DNA of 32,000 nucleotides from Propionibacterium freudenreichii subsp. freudenreichii (GCF_000940845.1 NZ_CP010341.1:2340001-2372000); one strand, 5' to 3'; counted from the first letter of the stretch, positions 16,508-24,508 are shown. Numbers and translations are program-made. The notes: a model not told the origin generated them from the sequence alone.

Positions 16508-16930
16508 CTACTGCTCCTTCGCGCGGGTGGCCGTCACCGTGACGTCACCCAGCCCGACGTCGAGTGGCAACGGAACGGTCGCCTCGACCGTCACCGAGAT
16601 CTCCGTGTCACTCACAAGGGAGTGTGTGCGCACCGCCTCCAGTTGACCGGTCATGTCGGCAACGACCTTCTCTGCGGCATCCGAGGAGATCCCGGACAGG
16701 GCCTGCGTCTCGGCGGCGGTGAGCGCCGCCTGCTGCACGATGCTGCGTCCGTGCAGCCACACGCCGGCCTCGATGAGCCCGAGCACGATGAGCATCAGCA
16801 CCGGCGCGAGCACGCCCCATTGCAGTGATTCGCTCAGGCCACGCTCGTCGCGCCGACGTCGCACGACGACCGACCGCGACCCCCGGCGGGTGCGGCCGGC
16901 CGCCTCACTTGGGCATATTGGATTCGACAT
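16508..16930 (-). CDS. TadE-like pseudopilin
   Basis: ...RRRRDERGLSESLQWGVLAPVLMLIVLGLIEAGVWLHGRSIVQQAALTAAE. The maximal ORF start ATG 16930 overlaps flp by 26 nt; GTG 16864 (VRRRRDERG...) is an alternative start giving a canonical TadE N-terminus. Confidence 0.8.
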   Translation of the reverse strand: MSNPICPSEAAGRTRRGSRSVVVRRRRDERGLSESLQWGVLAPVLMLIVLGLIEAGVWLHGRSIVQQAALTAAETQALSGISSDAAEKVVADMTGQLEAVRTHSLVSDTEISVTVEATVPLPLDVGLGDVTVTATRAKEQ

Positions 16931-17129
16931 AGCTGCGCACGGCGGCGATCACGATGCCGGCAACCACCACGGCGCCGGCCAGCAGCACGGCGTTCTCGGT
17001 GGACTGCGACAGGCCACGTTCATCGTCGCGGGCGCCGTGGTCGTCGCGGACCGCCGGCGTGGGCATCGCGACGAATCCGACGACCAGGGCGGTGAGGCGG
17101 CTCAGTGTCTCCAGTGCTCTGCTTGCCAT
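16905..17129 (-). CDS. flp: Flp-family type IVb prepilin (actinobacterial type)
   Basis: AAGGAG lies 9 nt before ATG 17129. Translation: MASRALETLSRLTALVVGFVAMPTPAVRDDHGARDDERG|LSQSTENAVLLAGAVVVAGIVIAAVRSYVESNMPK. A Gly is followed by a short polar stretch with Glu and then a hydrophobic helix. Positioned between tadC and the tadE genes. Confidence 0.75.
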   Translation of the reverse strand: MASRALETLSRLTALVVGFVAMPTPAVRDDHGARDDERGLSQSTENAVLLAGAVVVAGIVIAAVRSYVESNMPK

Positions 17130-17213
17130 GTGGATCAACTCCTTGTGGGGGGCGACCCCGGCGGGTGCCGGGATCGGTGGGGATGGTTCAGGTCAATTCC
17201 GTGCGGGGCGCCC

Positions 17214-18125
17214 TCATGCCACACCGGCCAGGCGCATCAGGGGCGGCGCGATGAACGACAGGCCGAAGACCATCACCGGCAACGCCATCCACAACGTCAT
17301 GCGTTCGCTGACCTCCTGGGCCTCCATGCGCCCCGCACTGAGGTGGGCGTCGCGCAGTTCCTCCACGCGGGCGGCCAGCGCCTCGGTCAGTGAGGCGCCC
17401 TGCTCGTCGAGCTGCATGATGTCGGCGAGGTCCTCCAGGGGAGGTAGGCGCAGGTCGTGGGCCAGCCGCCGCAGGCCGTCCCAGGGCGGACGCTGTTCGA
17501 GTCCCGCCTGGGCCAGCACGCCACGCACCCGCCGGAAGATCGCCACATCGGACACCGATGCGGCTGCCGACAGGGCCTGGGTGGCGGAGCGATTGGCCAT
17601 GCGTTCCAGCATCACGAGGTCGAACAGCGTCAGCAGCGCCTCGTCGGCCTCGAACCGGGTGCGCTTCGACCCGGCCCGCAGCGACAGGTCGGGCCAGCAC
17701 CAGCCCAGTGCGCCCAGTGCCAGCGCCACCAACAGGGTGGGGGCACGCAGCGGCGAGCCCATCGCCGCGCTGACCGCCGTGACGATGGTGGGCAGCGCCA
17801 GGCCGGCCAGGCACAGCACGATCTTCTCGGCCATGAAATCGCCGATCGACCGGTCGCTGAGCTGCAGCATGCCTCGTGCGCGACGCCCCAGGGGCAGGTG
17901 CAGACGCGCATAGGCGTAGGCACCGAGGCGCTCCAGCGAGGAATCGGCGTCGCGCACCAGGTCTTCTTCGGGGCCCTGCCGGCCGGCCACGGTGCCATCC
18001 AGCGCGGCAAAGGCGTCGCCCATGCGCACCGGACGACGTGCCCAGCCGGCGAGCACGAGGAATGCGCCCAGTCCTGCCACGGCACCGGAGATGATCACCA
18101 GGATCGCTGGGTCAGGCATCGTCAC
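17214..18125 (-). CDS. tadC: Tad platform protein TadC (type II secretion system F family)
   Basis: Polytopic membrane protein with a T2SSF-like cytoplasmic domain. Follows tadB with a 14-nt overlap. Confidence 0.8.
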   Translation of the reverse strand: MTMPDPAILVIISGAVAGLGAFLVLAGWARRPVRMGDAFAALDGTVAGRQGPEEDLVRDADSSLERLGAYAYARLHLPLGRRARGMLQLSDRSIGDFMAEKIVLCLAGLALPTIVTAVSAAMGSPLRAPTLLVALALGALGWCWPDLSLRAGSKRTRFEADEALLTLFDLVMLERMANRSATQALSAAASVSDVAIFRRVRGVLAQAGLEQRPPWDGLRRLAHDLRLPPLEDLADIMQLDEQGASLTEALAARVEELRDAHLSAGRMEAQEVSERMTLWMALPVMVFGLSFIAPPLMRLAGVA

Positions 18126-19002
18126 CCCCGGCGGGGGCCAGCTCGACGCCGTCGCCCTGCAGGATGCGCTCCCGCTGCTCGGGCGTCGACATGCGGCGCA
18201 GCATCACCAACGAGCCCAGGTAGGCGGCCAACAGGCCGGCACCGAGCAGTTGGCCGGTCGGTGTGAGGTAGGGCGCCACATAGTCGGGGTTGAACACGGC
18301 CACGCCGACCAGCACCACGACGGTGATGAGCGTCACCTGACGCACCACGATGCGCGGTTTCGCCCGCTCGGTGGCGATCTCGCGCAATGACTGCAGGCGA
18401 CGCCGGGAGTGCTGGCCCAGTGCCCGCAGGGCGTCGCCGGTGCCGGTGCCACCGCGGCGGGTGGCCACGATGAGGGCGGCGATGATGGCGTCGGCATCGG
18501 GGTGGGCCAGGTCATCGGCCATCGCCCGCAGTGCCGAGGCGGTGGACCAGCGGGCATCGAGCCTGGCGATCAGCCCGTCGACGGGGGCCCGCAGCACCGG
18601 CGCCACCTGGTTGCGGGTGGCCCGGATTGCGTCGGGCACCGACTTGCCGGTGGACACTGATCCGATGAGCAGCCGCACCCACCGATCGCAGGCCTCCAAC
18701 ACCTCGACGTCACGGTTCGGGGGCGCCGACAGCAGGCCGGGCAGCACCAGGATCAACGCGGGCACGCCGCCGGTAACCAGCAGCGATCGTGTGAGCAGGT
18801 AGCCGACGAGCGCGCCGGCCACCGCCAGTGACCAGCTGATCTGTTGGGCACGGGTGGCGCCGTGCCACCGGGCGCGCACCAGCACCGGGATGCCCGGGCC
18901 CGAGACATCGCCACGACGACGCGGCCTGCGCACCAGCCCCTCCACCACGGCGAAGACACCGAAGATGGCGGCGGCACACAGCGCGACGAGGACCGGGTTC
19001 AT
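18112..19002 (-). CDS. tadB: Tad platform protein TadB (type II secretion system F family)
   Basis: T2SSF-type pattern (...DAIIAALIVATRRGGTGTGDALRALGQHSRRRLQSLREIATERAKPRIVVRQVTLITVVVL...). ATGA overlap with tadA. Confidence 0.8.
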   Translation of the reverse strand: MNPVLVALCAAAIFGVFAVVEGLVRRPRRRGDVSGPGIPVLVRARWHGATRAQQISWSLAVAGALVGYLLTRSLLVTGGVPALILVLPGLLSAPPNRDVEVLEACDRWVRLLIGSVSTGKSVPDAIRATRNQVAPVLRAPVDGLIARLDARWSTASALRAMADDLAHPDADAIIAALIVATRRGGTGTGDALRALGQHSRRRLQSLREIATERAKPRIVVRQVTLITVVVLVGVAVFNPDYVAPYLTPTGQLLGAGLLAAYLGSLVMLRRMSTPEQRERILQGDGVELAPAGGDDA

Positions 19003-20774
19003 CGCCCACGCTCCCGCGACGCCGGGTCGCCGGCGCTCCGACGATGGGTGGCCGGAGCGCCGGTGGGCTCCGCGAAGGGGGCCAGATCGTCGAGCAGGCC
19101 CTGGCCCGGGTCGAACACCTGCGGCTCACCGGTACGGGAGGTGGCGTAGACGAGGTGGGTGGTGGGCTGGCCATTCTCCATCGATCCGGTGAGTGCGCGG
19201 ATCTCGGAGATGAAGCGCTTGCGCACCCCGCCGCGCCAGGTGTCGTCCACCAGCGAGACATGCACCAGCAGGTGCACGTTGTAGGCGATCTGGCGATAGG
19301 CCTCGTCGAGGCGCAGCACACCGCCGGCCGCCACGCGTGCCGCGAGCCGGTCGATGGTGGATGCCGCTGAATGCGAGTGGGTGGTGGTCAGCGCGCCGGC
19401 GCCGGATTGCATGGCCTGGAGCATGGCGCCGGCCTCGTTGCCACGTACCTCACCGATCACCAACCGGGACAGGTTCTGGCGCAGGGCCTCGGGAATCAGG
19501 TCGGCGACCGTGTATTCGCCGATGCGGCGTCCGTCGACCACCTCGCCCAGGCCGATCTTGGCCTGCAGGGCCACCATGTTCTGACGGCGCGATTGCAGGT
19601 GGGTGAGCAGCTCGTAGTCGGTCTCCAGCGTGCCGAATCGCTCGGTGGCCGGGATCGCGCCCACCATCGCGCGCAGCAGCGTGGTCTTGCCGGCACCCTG
19701 GTCGCCGGAGATCACCACCGACTTGCGGGCCAGCACGCAGCGACGCAGCAGGTCGGCCACCTCGGTGGGCATCATCGAACCGTGGGCCAGTTGCTTGAGG
19801 CTCACCTCGGTGAGCAGGTGCTGACGGATGATCACCGAGGGACGATCGGCCAGCCCGAAGGCCACCGCATGCAGCCGGAACTTGTTGCCCAGCGCCACGG
19901 TGATGGTGGGGTGGGCGTCGTCGAAGGGCCGCGGCGGATCGGCGTTCTCGCCCAGGAAGCGCACGGCGGCCACGAGTTCGTCGTCGGAGTCGGCCACCGG
20001 GTCGAGCCGGGTGCGGCGCCCGTCGCCGAATTGGGCGAAGACGCAGTCGTAACCGTGGATCTCGATGTTCTCCGCCTCGGAGACCTCGAAGATCGGCTGC
20101 ATCCGTCCGTAGCCGAAGATGGCGTCCTCGACGGCCTTCACGTACCGCTGTTCCAGGGCGATCGGCCACAGGGCCCGGCCGGCGCGGTTCAGCTCGTCGG
20201 CGTAGTCGTGCACGGCGCGCCGGATCAGCGAGCGGCCCATCAGCCGGCGATCATCGTCGGCCATGCGTCGGTGGTGTTCCTGCTCCCACCGGGCCTGTTC
20301 GGCGGTGATGAGCTCGCTGATCGTGGACCGCAGCTGGGCGACGATGGACCAGTCAGTGGTTTGGTGGCCCGACGGGCCGGGGACACCGCCCGCACCCGGA
20401 CGCTGATTGTCGGCGGCCTGCATCGGCGTGCCGACGGGACGCCCAGCGGGCACCGTGCCCGGGGTCCGCACGCGGTGGGCTGCTCCTGCAGAGGTGGGGG
20501 CCGACTCGGATTCCTGCGGGACCCCACGCTGCGGGAGGTCCACCGGCTGCGTCCCGAGCGGTGAAGCGGACGCGGAAACGTTCGCCGGGGTCGTGACGAC
20601 CTGGTCAAGGAGCGACAGGGCGTCGGCCAGGCCACCGGGGGACGGGCCATCCCCCCGGTCAGGGTGCGGTGCCCCATCCCCCGCGTGGAGCGGTGGCGCA
20701 GCCTGCCCCGGACGAAGGAACGGAAGGGCTCGTCCCGGGCCAAGGGGCGGCAGATCGGACGCGCGGTGGGTCAT
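18999..20774 (-). CDS. tadA: Tad secretion ATPase TadA/CpaF with a Pro/Gly-rich N-terminal extension
   Basis: Walker A is VISGDQGAGKTTLLRAMVGAI. RLVIGEVRGNEA (Walker B/Asp-box region) and TTHSHSAASTIDRL (His box) are also present. About 190 aa of low-complexity sequence precedes the conserved core. Confidence 0.92.
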   Translation of the reverse strand: MTHRASDLPPLGPGRALPFLRPGQAAPPLHAGDGAPHPDRGDGPSPGGLADALSLLDQVVTTPANVSASASPLGTQPVDLPQRGVPQESESAPTSAGAAHRVRTPGTVPAGRPVGTPMQAADNQRPGAGGVPGPSGHQTTDWSIVAQLRSTISELITAEQARWEQEHHRRMADDDRRLMGRSLIRRAVHDYADELNRAGRALWPIALEQRYVKAVEDAIFGYGRMQPIFEVSEAENIEIHGYDCVFAQFGDGRRTRLDPVADSDDELVAAVRFLGENADPPRPFDDAHPTITVALGNKFRLHAVAFGLADRPSVIIRQHLLTEVSLKQLAHGSMMPTEVADLLRRCVLARKSVVISGDQGAGKTTLLRAMVGAIPATERFGTLETDYELLTHLQSRRQNMVALQAKIGLGEVVDGRRIGEYTVADLIPEALRQNLSRLVIGEVRGNEAGAMLQAMQSGAGALTTTHSHSAASTIDRLAARVAAGGVLRLDEAYRQIAYNVHLLVHVSLVDDTWRGGVRKRFISEIRALTGSMENGQPTTHLVYATSRTGEPQVFDPGQGLLDDLAPFAEPTGAPATHRRSAGDPASRERGR

Positions 20775-21808
20775 GGTCGGGGCCTCCCGGTTGCCAGCGG
20801 CGGGTCCACGGGGCCGGCCATCCGATCGCGAGCGCCCGGGGTGACGCCGGCGGACTGTACGGGTGCCCGGCCGATGCTCCCTGTCAGCGGGTCATGCGAT
20901 CGGGAGGTCCCCGTCGCGAGGTCACGGGAGGAATTCGGTGTGGCGATCACGCGGGCCGAGACGGCCGATGCCGCCGCACTGGCACTGCGCATGAATGAGC
21001 GCTCACGGAAGCGGCGCGGCTCGTCGCCACCCTCGCTGAGCACGGCGGCCTCCTCGGGCTGCCAGGCCATGTCGGCAACCACCGGCACGCCGAATTGGGC
21101 CTCCACGTCGCCATCGGAATAGGGCCGCGAGGGGCCCACCACGAGCAGCCCCAGCTTCGCCGCAGGCGCCAGGGCTGCCGTCCGCTCACGAAGGGGCGGC
21201 AGGTGGAGGCGGGCGGCGGCCAGTGACCGCAGTGAGCTCCGCACCACCATCAGCACCACGTCCGCGGCACCCAACAGCGCCGAAGGCAGGCCCTGATGGC
21301 CGACGCGCCCGGCATCCACGATCACGTCGACCCCGCTGCCGGCCAGGCCGGCGAGGGCCTCGGCGACTTCGGGCCAGACGGGATCGAAGACCGCGACCGA
21401 TCCCGGATGGGAGAACCCGGGCAGGAACTGCCGGGCGACGGGGCGGGACTCCGCCACGGCCGGGGCGCCGGGCCGCTGGTCGGCGATGGGCTGCCCCGTA
21501 GCATCGAACCGGCCCATGGCCTGGTCGGGAACGCCAGCCGATCCGGCGGGCGCGTCGTCCAGCAGGGAGACCGTGCGGTCCCACAACAGCGGGGCCACCG
21601 GACGCATCTCGCGGTGCGCCTGGGCAAGTTCGACCAGGCCGCGCGTGGCCAGCGGCCGTGCGCCGAGCCAGCCCGCCTGCACGGTCTGGGAGACATCGCG
21701 ATCAGAGTCGACCAGCAGCACATCGCGCGGCCAGCACAGGGTGAGTGCCAGGGCACTGGTGGTCACGCCGGGTGATCCGGTGGCGCAGGTGAGCAGGACG
21801 ATGGCCAT
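20771..21808 (-). CDS. tadZ: TadZ/CpaE-like (Ssd-like) ParA/MinD-superfamily protein with a deviant P-loop
   Basis: MAIVLLTCATGSPGVTTSALALTLCWPRDVLLVDSD...: GSPGVTT stands in place of the canonical KGGxGKT. Located directly upstream of tadA (ATGA overlap). Confidence 0.75.
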   Translation of the reverse strand: MAIVLLTCATGSPGVTTSALALTLCWPRDVLLVDSDRDVSQTVQAGWLGARPLATRGLVELAQAHREMRPVAPLLWDRTVSLLDDAPAGSAGVPDQAMGRFDATGQPIADQRPGAPAVAESRPVARQFLPGFSHPGSVAVFDPVWPEVAEALAGLAGSGVDVIVDAGRVGHQGLPSALLGAADVVLMVVRSSLRSLAAARLHLPPLRERTAALAPAAKLGLLVVGPSRPYSDGDVEAQFGVPVVADMAWQPEEAAVLSEGGDEPRRFRERSFMRSASAAASAVSARVIATPNSSRDLATGTSRSHDPLTGSIGRAPVQSAGVTPGARDRMAGPVDPPLATGRPRP

Positions 21809-22362
21809 CAGGCTGCCGTCCCGTGCACCACGACGAGACGTCCCGCCGCGGCCAGCGTCGCGATCCGCAAGGAGGCACCGGCCGGCACGTCCAGGTCGAA
21901 GTTCCAGGAGCCGTCGGACTGACGGCTCGGGGTGCCCACGATGGTGGCCGGCACGCTCAGCTGCTCAGCCCTGAAGCTGGCGTCATCGGTGGGCCCGGGG
22001 GCGGCCGAGATGATCACGGCCGAACCGGCCACAAGATCACCGGGAACGCGGCCGGCCACGAGGTGGACCCCCACGTGATGGCGCCCGGGACGCACGGTCT
22101 CCTCGCCCAGGGCGCTGGCCGGCACCAGCATGCCCTGCTGCAGTTCCACCAGGGCGGTGGTGCCGATCAACGTCGACAGCTGTTCGGCCCCGATGGTGGC
22201 GACGCCGGGCGCCGAACCGATGCTCGTGGTGCCCAGGTCGGCGCCGTCAATGGTGGCGCCACGCGGCACGGCGCGCACCATGACCACGACCTGGCGGGCG
22301 TCGGTTGCCTGGTGCCAGGCCACGGCGCAACCAAGTCCGCCGAGGCAGGCACAGAGCACGCC
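21808..22362 (-). pseudogene. cpaB: cpaB/rcpC-like Flp pilus assembly gene, C-terminal fragment (interrupted by the IS)
   Basis: Residual ORF ...G-VLCACLGGLGCAVAWHQATDARQVVVMVRAVPRGATIDGADLG... (TM helix then SAF-like domain). The reading frame continues upstream into the IS end with no start codon. Its 5' part lies at 23810-23902. Confidence 0.8.
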
Positions 22363-22370
22363 GATAATGA
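22363..22370. repeat. Target-site duplication (left copy) GATAATGA
   Basis: Identical 8-mer at 23810-23817, immediately flanking the IS ends. Confidence 0.75.
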
Positions 22371-23809
22371 GGGTCTTCTCAGATGAGGGTGTAGGTCGGC
22401 CGGGCGCGTCGGTCCGCAGATAGACGTCGAGGTCTCCCGACGATGGAGGTTCCTACGCCATCCATCCGAAAGACCTCGACGTGTCCGACGCTACCCCGCC
22501 GGCCGGCTTCGGCCGCCCTGACCTGACCGCCTTCGCTCGACTCGACGGCCTCGGTCTGAGCGTGACCGGACAACGACTTGAACCGGATCGTGCGGTCCTC
22601 GCGTGCCGCGTGGTGGAACCAGATCAGTGGTGCCGACGGTGCGGCAGCGAAGGCGCTGCTCGTGACACCGTGATCCGGCGGTTGGCCCACGAGCCGCTGG
22701 GCTGGCGACCGACCGTGCTGGAAGTTGTAGTGCGCCGCTACCGCTGTGCCGACTGCGGACACGTGTGGCGCCAAGACACCAGCGCCGCGGCGGAGCCACG
22801 CGCGAAGCTCTCGCGCACCGGGCTGCGGTGGGCGCTGGAAGGGATCGTGGTCGCACACCTCACCGTCGCCCGTGTCGCCGAGGGACTCGGGGTCGCGTGG
22901 GACACCGCCAACAACGCGGTCCTGGCTGAAGGCAAGCGGCTGCTGATCAACGACCCCACGCGGTTTGAGGGCGTGAAGGTCATTGGCGTCGATGAGCACG
23001 TCTGGCGCCACACCAGGCGTGGCGACAAGTACGTCACCGTGATCATCGACCTCACCCCGGTCCGCGATGGCGCCGGCCCAGCAAGGCTGCTGGACATGGT
23101 CGAGGGCCGGTCGAAGGCGGCGTTCAAGACCTGGCTCGCCGACCGCGACGACGCCTTCCGTGACGCGGTCGAGGTGGTCGCGATGGACGGCTTCACCGGG
23201 TTCAAGACCGCCGCTGCAGAGGAGATCCCGGACGCGGTCACGGTGATGGATCCCTTCCACGTCGTGCGCCTGGCCGGTGACGCCCTCGACAGGTGCCGGC
23301 GCCGGGTCCAACTCGCGATCCACGGGCACCGTGGGTTCAGGGACGACCCGCTCTACAAGTCGCGGCGCACGCTGCACACCGGCGCGGACCTGCTCACCGA
23401 CAAGCAGAGCGACAGGCTACGCGCGCTGTTCGTTGATGACGCTCACGTCGAGGTCGAGGCGACCTGGGGTGTCTACCAGCGCATGATCGCCGCCTATCGC
23501 CACGAGGACCGGCAACGTGGCCGCGAGCTCATGGAGAAGCTGATCACCGACCTCAGCGCCGGCGTCCCCAAGGTGCTCACCGAGCTCACCACCCTGGGCC
23601 GGACCCTGAAGAAGCGAGCCGCTGACGTGCTCGCCTACTTCGAACGACCCGGCACCAGCAACGGGCCGACCGAGGCGCTCAACGGACGGCTCGAACACCT
23701 GCGCGGCTCCGCACTCGGGTTCCGCAACCTGACCAACTACATCGCCCGAAGCCTGCTCGAGACCGGCGGCTTCAGACCCCAACTCCTACACCCCCGATTG
23801 GGATGAGCC
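22371..23809 (+). mobile_element. ISL3-family insertion sequence (1439 bp)
   Basis: Single transposase ORF. Terminal inverted repeats GGGTCTTCTCAGATGAGGGTGTAGG (22371-22395) and the reverse complement of 23785-23809, GGCTCATCCCAATCGGGGGTGTAGG, match at 18/25 positions and begin like typical ISL3 ends (GGCTCTT-like). An 8-bp direct duplication flanks the element. Confidence 0.88.
22481..23806 (+). CDS. ISL3-family transposase
   Basis: 441 aa. N-terminal zinc-finger pattern CRRCG...CADCGH, then VIGVDEHVWRH...YVTVIIDL...VVAMDGFTGFK...VMDPFHVV... and TSNGPTEALNGRLEHLRGSALGFRNLTNY, all characteristic of the ISL3 DDE transposase. The stop codon lies inside the right IR. Confidence 0.93.
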   Translation: MSDATPPAGFGRPDLTAFARLDGLGLSVTGQRLEPDRAVLACRVVEPDQWCRRCGSEGAARDTVIRRLAHEPLGWRPTVLEVVVRRYRCADCGHVWRQDTSAAAEPRAKLSRTGLRWALEGIVVAHLTVARVAEGLGVAWDTANNAVLAEGKRLLINDPTRFEGVKVIGVDEHVWRHTRRGDKYVTVIIDLTPVRDGAGPARLLDMVEGRSKAAFKTWLADRDDAFRDAVEVVAMDGFTGFKTAAAEEIPDAVTVMDPFHVVRLAGDALDRCRRRVQLAIHGHRGFRDDPLYKSRRTLHTGADLLTDKQSDRLRALFVDDAHVEVEATWGVYQRMIAAYRHEDRQRGRELMEKLITDLSAGVPKVLTELTTLGRTLKKRAADVLAYFERPGTSNGPTEALNGRLEHLRGSALGFRNLTNYIARSLLETGGFRPQLLHPRLG

Positions 23810-23817
23810 GATAATGA
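23810..23817. repeat. Target-site duplication (right copy) GATAATGA
   Basis: See 22363-22370. Confidence 0.75.
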
Positions 23818-23902
23818 TCAACCGCGGACTTCTGCGCGCACGCAACGACGGGACTGCCCGGCGTGTGAGCTCGGAAAGTGATTTGCGGGGAAATGCCACC
23901 AT
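23810..23902 (-). pseudogene. cpaB: cpaB/rcpC-like gene, N-terminal 31-codon fragment
   Basis: ATG 23902: MVAFPRKSLSELTRRAVPSLRARRSPRLIII, which then runs into the IS (…GSSQSGV*). Joined to 22362 downward it gives ...RRSPRLIIIGVLCACLGGLG..., a typical CpaB N-terminus (basic stretch then TM). Confidence 0.75.
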
Positions 23903-23947
23903 GGAGAGATCCCTTTCGGCACGGGCCGGGGGGACCCGTGCGTGAGA

Positions 23948-23977
23948 AACATAGATGAATCCCATTCCGCAACTCAA
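23948..23977 (-). promoter_or_regulatory. Candidate sigma-A-type promoter of the tad operon
   Basis: Minus strand reads TTGAGT (rc of 23972-23977), an 18-nt spacer, then TATGTT (rc of 23948-23953). The predicted TSS is near 23941, about 40 nt upstream of the cpaB ATG. Confidence 0.4.
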
Positions 23978-24508
23978 CTCAGATTTGCACCATTGTGGAC
24001 GACCGCATAGTTATCCACAGGCATTGACATCGACGAATTCAGGCGTGTCGCCGACCCCGGCCAACGAGGAACTAAACCTGCGTCCCCCAAGAGATTGATG
24101 GCATTCACCCTTGTCATCACCGCAATGACGCCCAGCGGGCCGGCGAACCACAGCGATGCCATTCATCGCGCGGCACGGGCCCGCTGAATCCCCTTGGGGG
24201 AAACCGGAAAGATTCCTGCCGGCACGACGCCGAATCACCGCCAGCGGCGACCATGCCGAACTTCAGCGTGCCCCGCTCATGGTTGACGCCGCACTGCGCC
24301 GGGGAAGCCCCGTGAACGGCCACTGGACACGGCGCCCACGCCCGCACGGCCAGCACCCGCCGCGCACCATCAACGACAGCGTCCGGCCGGGAATTCGCCA
24401 GCACCGCCCGGGATGGAAACGCGCCGTGGAAGGGGCCGGTCAGACATCTTCACCAGATCCGGAAAGGTGGAGAAAAGCGGCCCACCACTAGGCCTTTCAC
24501 CATGTTGG

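Noticed and set aside
16905-17066. Shorter flp start at ATG 17066, which would give a conventional 17-aa leader
   Set aside because: No Shine-Dalgarno precedes it, whereas ATG 17129 has AAGGAG at optimal spacing. The longer form is retained and the alternative is noted.
22360-22370. The identity flanking the IS extends to 11 bp (GCCGATAATGA), suggesting an 11-bp target duplication
   Set aside because: Taking the duplication as 8 bp (GATAATGA) brings the two inverted repeats into register (18/25 matches, both starting GG-TC) and matches the 8-bp duplications known for the ISL3 family. The extra GCC is best explained as the IS terminal GCC matching the flank by chance. The sequence alone cannot fully exclude a longer duplication.
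22379-23377. 332-aa ORF antisense to the ISL3 transposase
   Set aside because: It is a shadow ORF of a GC-rich gene. The product is Arg/Pro/Gly/Val-rich with no recognisable motif, whereas the sense strand encodes a full-length transposase with family motifs.
24117-24491. ORFs 24156-24491 (+, 111 aa) and 24117-24404 (-, 95 aa) in the long intergenic region
   Set aside because: No RBS, composition atypical of coding sequence (Arg/Pro/His-rich), they overlap each other, and no recognisable motifs. Treated as non-coding pending a homology search.
24462-24500. Hairpin downstream of the TRIC-family gene as its terminator
   Set aside because: The stems are only 5-6 bp (GGTGG/CCACC, GAAAGG/CCTTTC) and compete with each other, and the U-tract is short. 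This is too weak to annotate.
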